Shown piece after piece: positions 24,750 through 37,726 of a stretch of 64,000 nt of DNA. The stretch's first letter is position 1. Each line of letters starts with the position of its first letter. The DNA comes from Leucoraja ocellata (Eukaryota). The stretch lies in the NCBI GenBank assembly GCA_036785375.1, contig JAWMAR010000026.1:7936001-8000000 (forward strand), written 5' to 3'. The position numbers were made by a program, and so were the translations under genes. The notes under the pieces are model-generated. The model searched no databases, was not told where the DNA came from, and saw only the letters and a program-made list of their open reading frames with translations.

Positions 24750-26405
24750 TATGGCGACAACATTATAGCACTTTATTCAACTGTGTCCAAGGTGACTTGT
24801 ATAGGGTGGACAATATTGAGAGTAATGACGCGATGGCGATTATGTCACATGAGGTGTATCATGCCATGAACAAGCTGTCCAACAACAAAGCAAGTGGCTT
24901 GGATCATATCTCTGCTGAACATCTTAAGTATGCGAGTATGAGGATAGCTCTCTACTTGCTATTTGTTTTACTGGCTTTATGATTCATGGCTTGTTGCCAG
25001 ACTCAATGTTGTCTGTCCTGTTAGTGCCGGTCATTAAGGACAAAGCTGGTAAAGTAGGTAGCCTAAATAATTACAGGCCCATAGCTTTAGCCAGCATATT
25101 GTCAAAAGTTTTAGAGAGAGTTCTGCTGGATAGAATAAATGAGTTTGTTAACTCCACAGATAACCAGTTTGGCTTTAAAGCTAAGCATGGCACTGACATG
25201 CATATATGCCCTAAAGGAGATTGTAAACAAATATAGAGGCAAAAACTCTTCAATCCTTATGTGCTTTATTGATGCTTCCAAAGCCTTTGACCGTGTTAAT
25301 CACAGAAAGCTGTTTGGTAAAATGAGTCAAAGAGGGGTGCCTAAATACATTGTTAGAATACTGACCTACTGGTATGCCCAACAGACTATGCAAATAAAAT
25401 GGGGCAATAGGGTCTCAGCCCCGTTTGGGGTTAGCAATGGTGTTAGACAAGGGGAAATGTTGGCCCCAGTCCTTTTTAATCTATATATTGATGATCTGTC
25501 TAAACAATTGAAAGCCTGTAACACTGCGTGATTGGTAATATTTTAGTGAACCATATTATGTATGCAGATGATCTTGTGGTCTTTAGTCCATCTAGCGCGG
25601 GTCTCCAGCAGCTTCTTACTATATGCTCCGTGTATGGTGTGGAACATGACATTAAATATAATGCTAGTAAGAGTGCTGTTATGATCTGTAGAACCAAAGA
25701 GCATAAATGTCCAACATTTCCTGATTTTAAATTGTCTGACAACAATCTTAGTGTCTGTAATAAGGTAAAATATCTAGGGCATATTATTACAGAACAAATG
25801 ACAGATGATGAGGATATTTATAGGCAACGACGCATGCTGTATCTGCAGGCGAATATTCTCTTGCGTAAATTTGGTGCGTGTGCAGATGTGGTGAATATGT
25901 CACTATTTAGAGCATACTGCACACCACTCTACACTGCGCACCTGTGGTCAAACTATGGAAAGACAAGTTTGCAGAGACTAAAGTGGCATATAACGATGCC
26001 ATGAGAACACTGCTAAGGCAACCTAGATGGTGTAGTGCCAGTAATATTTTTGTGGCTGCAGGAGTCAGTACTTTAGAAGCTATCCTAAGACATCACATGT
26101 ATAAATTCATTTGCAGGATAAATGACTCTAAAAATGTGCTTATTGTGGCCTTGTCAAACATAAGGGTTAGCACTACACGCTACGAATCCCAGCTGTGGAG
26201 ACACTGATATCGTTGTCTCGTGGTAGGACATTGATCATTCTTTTAATGTGGATTTTTAACTTATGTATTTTATTTTAAAATATATATAAATTATGGTGTT
26301 TTTATGTGATATACTAAGATTTTATATGTATTTTATGATATTTAATATGCAATGCATTTTTTATGTAATGTTGCCCCTTGTCTGGACCTTGAGTTTATAA
26401 TAAAG

Positions 26406-26482
<77 letters not shown>
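24750..26482 (+). mobile_element. 5'-truncated non-LTR retrotransposon distinct from the local CR1 family, with (ATT)n tail
   Basis: NYRPIAL, NQFGFK, DASKAFDRV, GVRQG, YADD across a few frameshifts; AATAAA then long ATT array. Confidence 0.9.
26407..26482 (+). repeat. (ATT)n microsatellite tail
   Basis: Perfect trinucleotide run. Confidence 0.97.
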
Positions 26483-27236
26483 CAACATTTGAAAACCACA
26501 AGTCATGCATTATGGATGCATAAAATATCGAATTCACCAATATTCACTAATCGGAATCTTGAAATAATTATTTGGTATGAAAGAAAATAATCAATTGATA
26601 ACCACATGCAGCAAGCTTAATAAAGAAAAAAATTAATTCGGAATGCCAACTCACGCATTCGAACGTAAATATAATTAATTAGGAATAATGGAATTGTAAT
26701 AACAAAGAGATGGTCTTAGACCAATTATAAGTTAGCCACGCGGTGTGAGCCCCCTCAATCAAGAAGGAAACGTGCCTATTATAACTTCACAGTACACAAA
26801 AAGAAGGTAGGCGGCAATGAAAGTTAAGAATTACATTTTGGGAATAGATAGGCCGAATGCACAGAGTATTTTACCCAAAGTACGGGAATGAAAAAGTAAA
26901 GGACACATGTTGAAGGTGAGAGAAGAGAAATTTAATTTAAAAAAAAAACTGACGGGCACTGCTTTCACATAGCGGGTGTCTGCAACGAGTTGTGTCAGAT
27001 ACTATAACAGCGTGTATTGGATATTTGGGTACATAGATAGGAAACGTTTAGAGGGATATGGGTCAAAAGCGGGTAGGTGTGATTATTGGGGCATATTGGA
27101 CTGCATGAAGTTTGTCCCAAGGGTCTGTTTCCATATTGTATGACACAATGATATTATGATTATAATCAAATTAGCGAATAAATCATTTATAGAGTAACTG
27201 ACATTTTTCGATTCGCTGCCATATAGCCCGACGTAT

Positions 27237-27368
27237 TTAGTTGTTATTTTTCACCCCGCTATATATTACACTTATTTCTTTTTGTTGCCGTTTCAAATTA
27301 TTTTTGGAGCTTGACGTGTTCAAGGAAGCGTACGCCAGTTGGGTATCAGCAGCAGCCATAATTGCGAT
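27237..27368 (-). CDS. Gene B terminal exon with ITIMs LAYASL and VIYSGV
   Basis: gtgcgcag|ATC...TAA; IAIMAAADTQLAYASLNTSSSKNNLKRQQKEISVIYSGVKNNN*. Confidence 0.8.
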   Translation of the reverse strand: MAIMAAADTQLAYASLNTSSSKNNLKRQQKEISVIYSGVKNNN

Positions 27369-30300
27369 CTGCGCACAAATGTTTGCTATTGTTAATTGGA
27401 CAAGAAAACGACACATCTCTCCAAGTAACACGTATCTGTATTCTCAGATGTGTAGAGTAAAAGCGTGAAACGAACTGTACCTTTGCATACACTGGGCTCC
27501 TCACGTGCTCTTCAGGTTTCTCATATTCTTTGGAGCGGACAAAATCCAAATGGGCGTACATCGGATTACGGCTAACGTTCTCACCTTCTTCCTGGAAATT
27601 CATGAACATTTTAGGATTAGTTATACTACAGATGAAGGCTTCTCGTGGAATGCACTGGCAAGAATAAACGAGGGACAATTATTTTACGTTTTGTCTCGAA
27701 TGACTTATTGCATGAAGACCAATTTCCAGAGGCCAATCGACTGTGGGGAAAACAGTCGCAACTGAACACATCAAAAAATGATAACAGTACATAATATGGA
27801 ACATAGGACAGCATCTGAACACGCCCTTCAGCCCAAAATGTTTGTGCTGAACACGATGCCATGTTAAACCGATCTCATCTATCTGTACATGATCCATATC
27901 CCTTTCCTTCTGCAGATGTCCATCTAAATGCCTCTTAAACGTCACTGTCGTGTCTGCCTCCAACGCCACAGCCGCTAACGCCTTCCAGGCAAACAACAAT
28001 CGCTATGTAAAGAACTTACCCCGTATACCTCCATGAAACATTCTCCCACACACCTTATAGCTATGCCCTCTAGCATTGGACATTTCTATTATGTGCAAAA
28101 GGTTCTGCCGGTCTACCCTATCTATGCTTCAGTCTATCAATTCTGCCCTCAAGCTCCGAATTGCCAGAAAAAAATCTATCCAAGTTTATACAACCCCTTC
28201 GGTCACTTGCGCCTCTCTAATCCAAGCGCATCTGGTAAACCTCTTCTGCACCCACCCCAAATGCGTTCTGTTATGAGGCTTCCAGAACCGCACGGAAAAC
28301 TCCAAATGGGGCTTAACCATAGTCTTATAGAGCTGTATCATGGTTTCTTGATTTTTATAATCACGGCCGTAGCAATGAAGGCAACCATATCATACGCCAT
28401 CTTTACCAGCCTATCTCTTCGTGCTGCAGTCTTCAGTGAGCTATAACTTGGACTCTATGACCTCCCTGCACATCAATTCACTTTAGCATTTTGAGTTTAT
28501 CCTTACATGCGCCATCCTAAAGTGAAACAGCTCAGACTGCTCGGGTTATACTCCATCATACTCCATTGCCATTTCTCCACCCACTTCTGTCGATGATCAA
28601 TAACCCTCTGTATCTTCCGACAACCCTCCTCGCTGTCTGCAACTCCCCCTGTTCTGTTGTTCAGCAAATTTACTCAACAACCCATCTAGATTTATGTCTG
28701 CGTCATTTATATATATCACAAATAACAGAGGTTCCTGTGGAATTCCACTGATCACAGACCTTCAGGCAGATCTTCCTTCGACAAACCTCTGTCGCTCTGA
28801 AGAAGCCAGTTCTGAATTAATATCACCAAATGACAGCGGATCCTGTATATCTTGATATTTTGGATCAACCTATCATGAGGAACTTTATCTTTAAAGGAAC
28901 TAAGCTTCCTTAGATTCGTGTTTGCAGCAGCTACTGCCCTGCCTTCATCGATCTCCTTTGTCATCTGTTCAGAAAACTCAATTACATCAGTAAAACGTGT
29001 TAGGCTGCGCTGGTTATCGCTAATTCGTTCATTCTCTTCCTAATGTCAGTAGATCCTCTCTTGAAGAAGTATTTCCAATTGGTACCCAACCACTAAGGTG
29101 TGGTTAAACGACCTATATTTAGCCACAACTGGTTGAGCCTTGGATTCCCTCTACTTCCCTTCTTAAGCAAAGAAACAACATGGCCACTCTCCAGTACTCC
29201 AGAACCTCGCCTGTGGCTGGACAAGATACAGTAAGATGCAATGAAAATATTCCTTTCACTACATCTGGTGTAAACAATATATATGATATTTATAATCAAT
29301 GCGAACTCCTGTAAATGCATTTTGTATTGTTCTTTATGTCCTCCATTGTGTAGGGTACTGTGAACTTCACTGATTGGGAATACGTTCAAACAGAATAAGA
29401 CGTGGTCCTCATTAAAACGGCTTGGTTTCAACAAAGGCACAATCCTGTCTTTCACAAATGGAATAGTCACATATTAAATTAGCCTTACCCAACTTTGTGT
29501 CCGATTTGTATTTACTGTACGCTTCTTTGCACCTGCTCGGAAAAATGAAATAGTGATAAATAGCCGTGCGACATGGTGGTTTTTTTGCACGCCAAGAACG
29601 TAATATCATGTGATAATTGCCCGATAGAGTTTCACTTTATTCGGCTTCACTACATATGAATAAAGGCTTAAACCACGTTGTTTGTGCCACGCATTTTCCA
29701 AAATGTTGAACGACACAGTGGCGCAGCAGGTAAATACGGAGTTTGAGGCACGTTCTCCCTGTGACCACGTGGGTTTCATCCGTTGCTCCAGTATACTCCC
29801 ACATCCCAAGAATGTGCGGATTTGTGGGTTAATGGACCTCTGTAAATTGCCGCCACTGTGTATTGAGTGGATGCGAAAGTAGGTTAACTTAGAGCTAGTG
29901 TGAACGGATGATCGATGGCCGACGTGGAATCGATGGGTTAAAAGGCCTGTTTCTCTACGCTATCTTTCAACCAATGAAACACATTTTTATCACAAAATTC
30001 ACATATGTTCAGATCTTGACCATTTGGTACAATTAAATGCTGGCTGCTATGTGACGTGTTGAAATAATACATAAATTCAAAATATGTGATCATCAAACAT
30101 TAGTCAAATGCAAAATTGAATATCTTCGTTAAGTCGGTCCTGTTTACTATAATCAAAAATTTTGCCCGTGTAAAAGTTTCATTTCCTCTATTATCAAGAG
30201 AATCGTCTAATTACCAATACGATTATATTATAATATTATACTGGGGTGATAATGTTAAAAAATGGTTGAGAAACATACCTCTATATATAATTGTTATCCC

Positions 30301-33300
30301 GACGATAACGATGAACATTAAAATTAATACCGCACCACCGATACTTCCAGCGATTAGAGAAGCAGATAAACCCTCGACAGCTGTGGGAAGTTAAACCGAT
30401 TACCAAATGTTTATATTTAATTACATTTTAAAGTAGACTTTGCGGGAAACATAACAAGATATTTCAAATGTTCACTCATTGGATTTCACCAGAACCGCTT
30501 GGAATGTGGAAAAAGCCAACAATATCGATTTATAACGCGATTACGAGTGAAATAAATAGATCTTAAGTGAACCTTGTAGGATATTGACCGTCAGGAAACA
30601 GAAAATTGTAGAACATAATACATTAATTTGGATATATTCTGTTCACCAAATCTCGAAGGAGATGTTAATGTCACTGACGCTGGCCAGGATGACTCATTAT
30701 AGACGTCTTCTCCCCACTAACCGTCCCCAATTAATGCAACAGACAACAAGTTAGTGCTCATAGATGGACTGAAAATGCTGGCGTAACTCTGCGGGTCAGG
30801 CAGCATAATTGGAGAAAATGGAGAGGAGACTTTTTTTGTGTCGGGGCACTTCTTCAGGCTGATAGTGGGGTGTGGGGGGTGGAGCAAGAAAAAAACACGA
30901 GGGATCGGGACTAGCACCATATGGCCCCACGCAGGGAGGTTCCCTGATACACCCTCAACAATTTCTCTTTTGACTCCTCTCACTTTCTCCAAGTTAAAGG
31001 TGCAGCTGGACACTCACATCAGCCACAGCTACTGGCTACATATGTGTTGGTTACATGGTACAGTGCTTGTCTCGAATACATCGTCAAATACGTTGGAGCT
31101 ACTTCCTGCCGAGGCCTATTGGATTTCGCCCTTGCTAACTATTTAGAATCCCTTTCCCATTCGCACACTAACCTTTTTGTTCTGGGCATCCTGCGTTACC
31201 AGAGTGAGGCCACAGACAAATTGGAGGAGTACTTCATATTTCGGTATTTGCGCAGATTAATTTTAGGTAGACTCTGTGTCTGTGTTGCAATTGGTTACCA
31301 ATTTCAGCCATAAACGAACAAAAAGAAAACCTTCACCAAGTTAGTGATGATCCGAGCTCAGGCCTGGCTTCGGGAACTGTCTGCATGTACATTGCACATT
31401 CTCTGATATTTTACCAAGGAACTGCTTGTGAGTTAATTGATTATTTTTACATTATTCCACGGGAAGGTGTGATGTTTGTGGGGGCATCATAGTGGACTTG
31501 TAGATCACGTGAAAGGGAATAGGCTACAGGTGCGCGATCGATTGCGGGAAGGGTATTGATGGACTTTTTCTGGGAAGCAACATAGGCTGGATGGACTGTC
31601 CAGCGTCCATCTACGTTGGCAGAAAATAGGAAAATTGCACAAGTTCTAGGTGAATACATTTGCTGCAGAAAATTCGGTCTTTTAAAAATCCGCACATTTT
31701 ATTTTTACTATGAATATTATTATTCAGTGGACTATCCATTATACTATCCGTGGAACACGTTACCTGCACGAGGAACCGTGTAGTTGGCAGTTGCTGGAGT
31801 TAGCATAGAACGGTGAATAATTTTACATGTGTAAACGGTTCCTTCTTTGACTGCCAGTTTCTCCTCTAAAATGCTGACAACTTCATACAATCCGTCTGCC
31901 GTTGATCTTTGTTCATGCCGAAATCCAGATTGGATGACGGAACCATTTCTATGCCAGGTGAGATTAAATTCTTTCGGGTAAAAGGCAGCCGTTATGCACT
32001 GCATTTTCAGGAAATGAGTCGCAGCATTTCTAGATCGAACAGATACAATCTTCAGAGGAGAAGGGACAGCTAAGTAAAGAGGAATAGAATTAAAAGAAAG
32101 GAGAAGAGTCGATTACATCATCCAATCGCATTTTTTCCAACGCTACTTAATTCCATCATAATATTTAAATCGGGAGCCAGATGAAGGTGTAATTCATCGC
32201 AATGGACTCGTTTCTCTAATTCGGCGCAAGAAATATAATTTATATTTCAATAATTTTGTGGAAGCAAAAACCTCGCTCTTTCAATACACAGCATTATATG
32301 TTGATAACATTATCATTAGGAAAATATCAGGAGGATCCCTCGCCTCGGCGTTCGGTGTTAAATTGAAACCGTTGTATTTATTCATCTTACACTCACTACC
32401 TTCAATATACATCAACTCAAATATAATTGCTGTCATGCCCTCTGGCCTATATTTTCAAACGAACCAATCTCAAATAATTTTCCAACGTTATTCACATTTG
32501 TATTCTGGATTAAAGACTTCTGTGAAGCAAAATTCAAATTCGAGCTGCAACTAAAGTACGTAAAAAGGAACTGCAGATCCTGGAAATTCGAAGGTATACA
32601 AATGTGCTGGAGAAACTCAGCGGGTGTAGCAGCATCTATGGAGTGAAGGAAATAGGCAACGTTTCAGGTCGAAATGTTGCCTATTTCCTTCGCTCCATAG
32701 ATGCTGCTGCACCCGCTGAGTTTCTCCAGCACTTTTGTCTAGCAACTAAAGTGCCGTTCGCTCACCATATACGATCAGTTGCTCTCTTGTTTCCTTCCCA
32801 ACCGGTCGGCCCGCTTGTTTTGCAAGACATTTGTATGTTCCGGCGTCCGAGACCGTGACATTCAGCAGGTGAAGGTAGGCGCCTCCTGCCCGCATAGTGA
32901 AGATTTTCCTGCTATCTTCTTTCAGGAAGCCTTTATTTCCATCTTTCCACCAGAAAACCTCCAGGTTTGACAGATTTACATTGAAGGGGAAGGGACACCG
33001 ACAGGTAAAATTTATGCCATTGATCACCGTATTCTGAACAACATTCGATATCGTCTTGCCCGACCTGTTCTCAGCAGCTGTCAATAGATGGTGCAAATCC
33101 AGTTTAGTCATTGATATACAGCAATGGAAATGTAACACTGCAGGCAAAAATCTTATTGCACTCGGCCCAAATATTTACAATGGGAGCCCAGATAATAATT
33201 ATGCCCGCTTTTTGTGTCCTCGTAAAGGTTTCGTAAATTACCATCCTTTCCAGAACTCATACGACAGCAATGACTTCATGGATAATTCGACATAACATTA

Positions 33301-33427
33301 TAAGGTACAACTATCATATCTGCCTAATTTGAAGACATATAAATAAAAAAAACAATAGAAGCCCTAATTTACCCGCATTCAAAATTCCAAGGAAATACAT
33401 CGTCCAAGTTGACACTTTCAGAAACAT
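27237..33427 (-). CDS. Gene B: inhibitory V-C1-TM receptor with four tyrosine motifs (SIRPalpha-like tail), complement join(33427..33373,33077..32766,32069..31764,30380..30279,29532..29489,27591..27481,27368..27237), 353 aa
   Basis: Canonical splice sites, compatible phases, 1062 nt. Neutral TM LIAGSIGGAVLILMFIVIVGITIIY; motifs PMYAHL, PVYAKI, LAYASL, VIYSGV. Confidence 0.85.
27481..27591 (-). CDS. Gene B cytoplasmic exon with PMYAHL and PVYAK(I)
   Basis: tttccag|GAA...AAG|gtacag, 111 nt, phase 0-0. Confidence 0.78.
27800..29220 (-). mobile_element. Highly degraded CR1-like LINE
   Basis: TKEIDEGRAV...DKVPHDRLI...IQNWL remnants. Confidence 0.6.
29489..29532 (-). CDS. Gene B 44-nt cytoplasmic exon
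   Basis: ccgagcag|GT...TGG|gtaagg; GAKKRTVNTNRTQSW. Confidence 0.78.
29714..29970 (+). mobile_element. V-SINE-like tRNA-derived SINE
   Basis: acagtggcgcagcaggt head; cgttctccctgtgaccacgtgggtttc...ctcccacatcccaa core. Confidence 0.65.
30279..30380 (-). CDS. Gene B transmembrane exon (uncharged)
   Basis: cccacag|CT...AGAG|gtatgt, 102 nt; AVEGLSASLIAGSIGGAVLILMFIVIVGITIIYR. Confidence 0.88.
31764..32069 (-). CDS. Gene B C1-set exon
   Basis: 306 nt; AVPSPLKI...MQCITAAFYPKEFNLTWHRNG...DGLYEVVSIL...YTCKIIH. Confidence 0.93.
32558..32741. mobile_element. Fold-back Penelope-type repeat with 11-bp TSD
   Basis: Inverted arms tgctggagaaactcagcggg.../...cccgctgagtttctccagca; GCAACTAAAGT at 32547..32557 and 32742..32752. 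Confidence 0.75.
32766..33077 (-). CDS. Gene B V-set exon
   Basis: 312 nt; NFTCRCPFP...VFWWKDG...AYLHLLNVTVSDAGTYKC...QLIVY|gtgag. Confidence 0.9.
33373..33427 (-). CDS. Gene B leader exon
   Basis: 55 nt MFLKVSTWTMYFLGILNA, GCGG|gtaaat. Confidence 0.8.
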
Positions 33428-34435
33428 ATCGACGACGAAGCACGCCTGGCTGGGAAAGATGAAGGTCTGGTTATTAATCGTCACGGTATATTCTACACTG
33501 ACTCCTCATCACACCGGTCACCCCATGACATGGTCGAGAAATGCGTTGCTTTTAATATAGGGCTTGGCTGAGTGCCTGAAGGCGGAAATGGAGTCAGGAA
33601 ATAGAAGGCTGTTTTATTTGAGGACATCAAACAGTACGCACATCGATCATTTCTCGATTTTCGGCCTCGTGAGAGGATCTAATTAAAATAAGATGTCAAA
33701 TAAGACCCCCCCTCCTAAAATAATTTAGTCTTAATGATAACTAAATTGCGGGGTTGTTCTTGAAATCTCGTGTGGCTCAATTATGCCCTTCATAGGATAA
33801 CCTTGCCCCAATCGAGGCAATGTAATTTCACCCATTAATGTGGTTCGCTTTCAATGTCACCTGAAACATACTAGTAATTGGGGTGAGCTACCCATGAACA
33901 CAAATTGAAACTATGTTTTGTAAAAAAAAAAGCTGTACCTACATGCAAAATCCGCAGAGGATACACGCCTAAAATTGAGATGAGTTCAAATAAATCGACA
34001 ATGAATTTTCCGATCTGAAAGGAAAGAATGCGTCAATCATGTGGCTCTGCATCTGCTAGAATGATCTCCTTCATGTGCAATCACAGAACAATTACGCGCT
34101 TACTTGCAAGGACTTTGAAGAATGGAAACTAAATGCGTGGCTCAATCCGGAACAGGTCAGGCAATAATTAGACCGCACGCAAGTAAAAGAATGTAGAGAG
34201 CGTAATCATTCACTCATTCAAATGTCCTTATTTTTATACTCCGCCTGAAACGATTAAACTAACAGGTCTTCATTACCGGCTACATATAATCTAATTATCA
34301 GACCTTACATGAACTGAAGCGGACCTCCCTAGTACATTTTTTCCTCATTTTAGGTAAGCTTATATTTAAGATGTTAAACGGGCGACAGGCTCACAGATTA
34401 ACGTCAAGATTATATTAGAGTAAGTAAATGTAAAG

Positions 34436-35235
34436 CAATCAATCAATCAACCAATCAGTTTTATTCGTCACTTGCACATAAAGTGCAAGTGAAATGAATT
34501 TGCCAGCAGCGGTACAACGAAAAAGAACACACAAAAACACAATAAAAATTTAACACAAACATCCACCACAGCATTCATCACTGTGGTGGAAGGCACAACA
34601 TTTGGCCAGTCCTCCTCCATTGTCCCCCGTGGTCGGGACTTCAACCATCCGCAGCCGCCGCTGCGGGCGTCCAGATGTGCAGACAAGGTAAAAAGTCCAG
34701 GTAAGTCCTGAATCGGTGCTCCCCTACCGGAGACCGCGACTTCAGGTTGGTGTAGGCCGCAGGCCGGCGGTCGAAGCTCCTGTCCAGGGATGAGGGACCC
34801 CGCTCTTGATGGTAAGTTCCCGCCGCGCCCGCGGGCGAAGTTGGCCGTGGTCCGGCGGTTGGAGCTCTTCTCCTCCCGGGTCCCCGTCGAGGGATCCCAG
34901 GCCCAGGACGACGCCATTGAACGGAGCGCTCCCCTCCGGCGAGCGCCGGCGAGGGCTCGCCCGCTCCAGGCCGAGAGTCCGCTCTGCGCCCACGGCTGAA
35001 GCCTCGGGCAGGTCTCCGGGAAAGGCCGCACCGATCCTCGATGTTAGGTCACGGGGGAGGCGACATGGATAAAACCGAAACGGTTTCTCCCTTACCCCCC
35101 CCCCCCCCCCCCCACCCCACACAAGACACATAGAGGAACATGAAAAACACACATTTAAACATTAAACAAAAAAGTAGAAAAAACGGACAGGCTGCTGGCA
35201 GGGCTGCCGACTTGCAGCGCCCCCTACCGACTGCA
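34436..35235 (-). mobile_element. GC-rich non-autonomous retroelement with (ATTG)n tail
   Basis: Sharp GC shift, simple-repeat tail, related element at 40790..41420. Confidence 0.55.
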
Positions 35236-36904
35236 TTGTTCATATTTATCTTCAATTTAATGTTCCAGGTTGTCAAACGTCGTGTAGATAATGCTATGAG
35301 GTATTGTGTTGAAAGCTTCACAACTAATTCGATTACGAGCTCATATTGGTTGCACGGTTATTCTTCAAATTGTAATGTTAAAGTGAGTTTTAACTGTTCT
35401 CAACTTCGAATTGCAATTCGGAATGATGTGAAGTCGCATTTGAAATGACCGCAATTTAACAAAGGTATTTAATTAGAATAATTACATTGACTAAATTAAC
35501 ATACTTGCATTAAAATCCATTATGCATATATTGCCGTTTGGCGTTTATGGATTGGACAAGTCTGCTTTGGGTTGAACTGGACTGTTGTATCAGTAGGCAG
35601 AACTGTTTAATTTCGTCCGTTTCCATGCACTGTCACAAAATAATACCTGGCGTCGCAGTTTGTTTGGTCCAACGACCTCGTGTGTCAAGTAAGGTTGTAC
35701 ATTAATACCAGTTTATTCTCTCAAAATCCATTTCAATGCACTCTCCCGTTCCATCACCCACCAACGCAACGCACCACCTTATCGACTCAATTTTTCGATA
35801 TATGTGAATTAACGGAGCACGTGGTTAGTACAGGTGCCAGAGATTAGTTCTTGAATAATACAGGTGTCAAAGGTTATGGGTAGAATTGGGTTAAGAGGAA
35901 AGAATAATCAGCCACGATTGAATGTACTTAATGGGCCATATGGCCTAGTTCTACTCCTATCGCTTTATGACCTCATGACGTGGTCAAATGGAGAACGGGA
36001 AAAAACACACTGGCGGCCAGATTCAACCGGGGCTTCCAGTGTTGAGGTGACACACCTGAAAGCCGCACGCATCTCCCGTCTTACTACATCTAAACAGTAA
36101 TCATAAAGCTTCCTCATTGACATCAGTTGGTGACTACGTGATATACGTGAACTATCTGTGAACGTCTGAAATTAGAGAAGCGATGGATACATTTCCATCA
36201 GGCAGAGACATGCTCAATGTTAACTCATTCGGCGTATTTCTGATCAACTATTTGTGATTTAGAGAAGAAATAAAAAGTACGAAAACATCTTGTTTATCTA
36301 AGTGTTGAATGAACGTCACTGTTAAATTAGTTCAAATGAAATAGTGACATGGTGTGGATGCATTTGAGAGGGTGCAGCGGAGGTTTACTAGAACATTGCA
36401 TGGATTAGAGAGTTTCAGCTACAAGGAGAGGTTGGATAAACCTGGATTCTTTTCTATGGAATGTCAGAGGCTGAGGGGATAATAGATCAAATTATTATTT
36501 TTTAAGTGACGGGCATAGATAGGGTAGTCTGTCACAAATTTTATCCTAGGGTGGGAAATGTCCAACATTAGAGGGCATGGATATAAACATATAAACTGAG
36601 TGGGGGAAGTTTGATATTGATGTATGGGGCAAGCTCTTTGCACAGATATATGTTGGCAGAGGGGCTGGAATGCATCATGCCGATCACGGTGTCCCATCTG
36701 CATTAGGCTCATCTACCTGCGTTTGGTCTCCAAAGCCATCCCTGTCCTGTTCAAATGTCCTTTAAATTTTGTTGTAGTTTCAGCCTCAATAATCTCATCT
36801 GGAAGTTCATTTCATATCCCCACTATCACGTGGGAAACTGCTCCCCAGCTCCTTATACAGTTATAACATAACATCCCAAATTCTATACAACATACATCAA
36901 TTTT

Positions 36905-37113
36905 GTTAGCCCTTGATGTCTCCTCCCCTTCCTTGGCCCTCGAGCTGTCTCCTCCCATCCCCCAGCCCTCGGGCTCCTCCTCCTCCCTTTTTCCTTCCTA
37001 CTCTCTGCCACCCCCTATCAGTCTGAAGAAGGGTTTCGGCCCGAAACGTTACATATATCCTTCGCTCCATAGGTGCTGCTGCACCCGCTGAGTTTCTCCA
37101 GCATTTTTGTGTA
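36905..37113 (+). mobile_element. Penelope-type terminal repeat with hammerhead-like core
   Basis: CTGAAGAAGGGTTTCGGCCCGAAACGT at 37023. Confidence 0.65.
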
Positions 37114-37726
37114 CATCCCAAATTCTATACTCATTATCCTGACTGATGAACGCCTATACCTTTTTTTAACCACCTTATCTACCTGTGACACCACTCTCAA
37201 GGAACTATGTACTGTACCAGCACACCTTGACCCTTCAGCTCCACAAACGTTTTGCCGTTTACTATTAAGGTCCTGCCCACATTTCACTTCCCAAAATATA
37301 AAACCTCACACTTAAATGCATTAAACTCGTTAACCATTCATCAGCCCACTTGCCCAACTGAACAAGATCCTGCTGTAACCTTTGATAACCGTTTCGCTAT
37401 CTACAATATTACCCAATTAACAGTCATCTGCAATAATCCGGCTTTGTATGTTCTCATCCAAATCGTTGATATACAGTAACCCACAAACAGCAATGGGCCC
37501 AGCACCAATCCTGGAGGCACACCACTATTCAGAGCCCTCCAATCCAAACCCTCTGAAGAAGGGTCTCGTCCCAAAACGTCGCTCATTCCTTCTCTCCAGA
37601 GATGCTGTCTGTCCCGCTGAGTTACTTCAGCATTTTATGCCCATCTTCGCTTTAAACCAGCAGCTCCAGTTCCTACATGTACAAGTGCCACCCTGCAATC
37701 TTCCGGCACCTCACCCACATTTAATG

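Noticed and set aside
32558-32741. miRNA precursor or CRISPR-like repeats
   Set aside because: The hairpins are inverted copies of an abundant dispersed repeat with TSDs; there is no repeat-spacer array and the DNA is eukaryotic.
34468-35152. GC-rich ORFs or CpG island suggesting a gene
   Set aside because: Inside a dispersed repeat with a related copy at 40790-41420.
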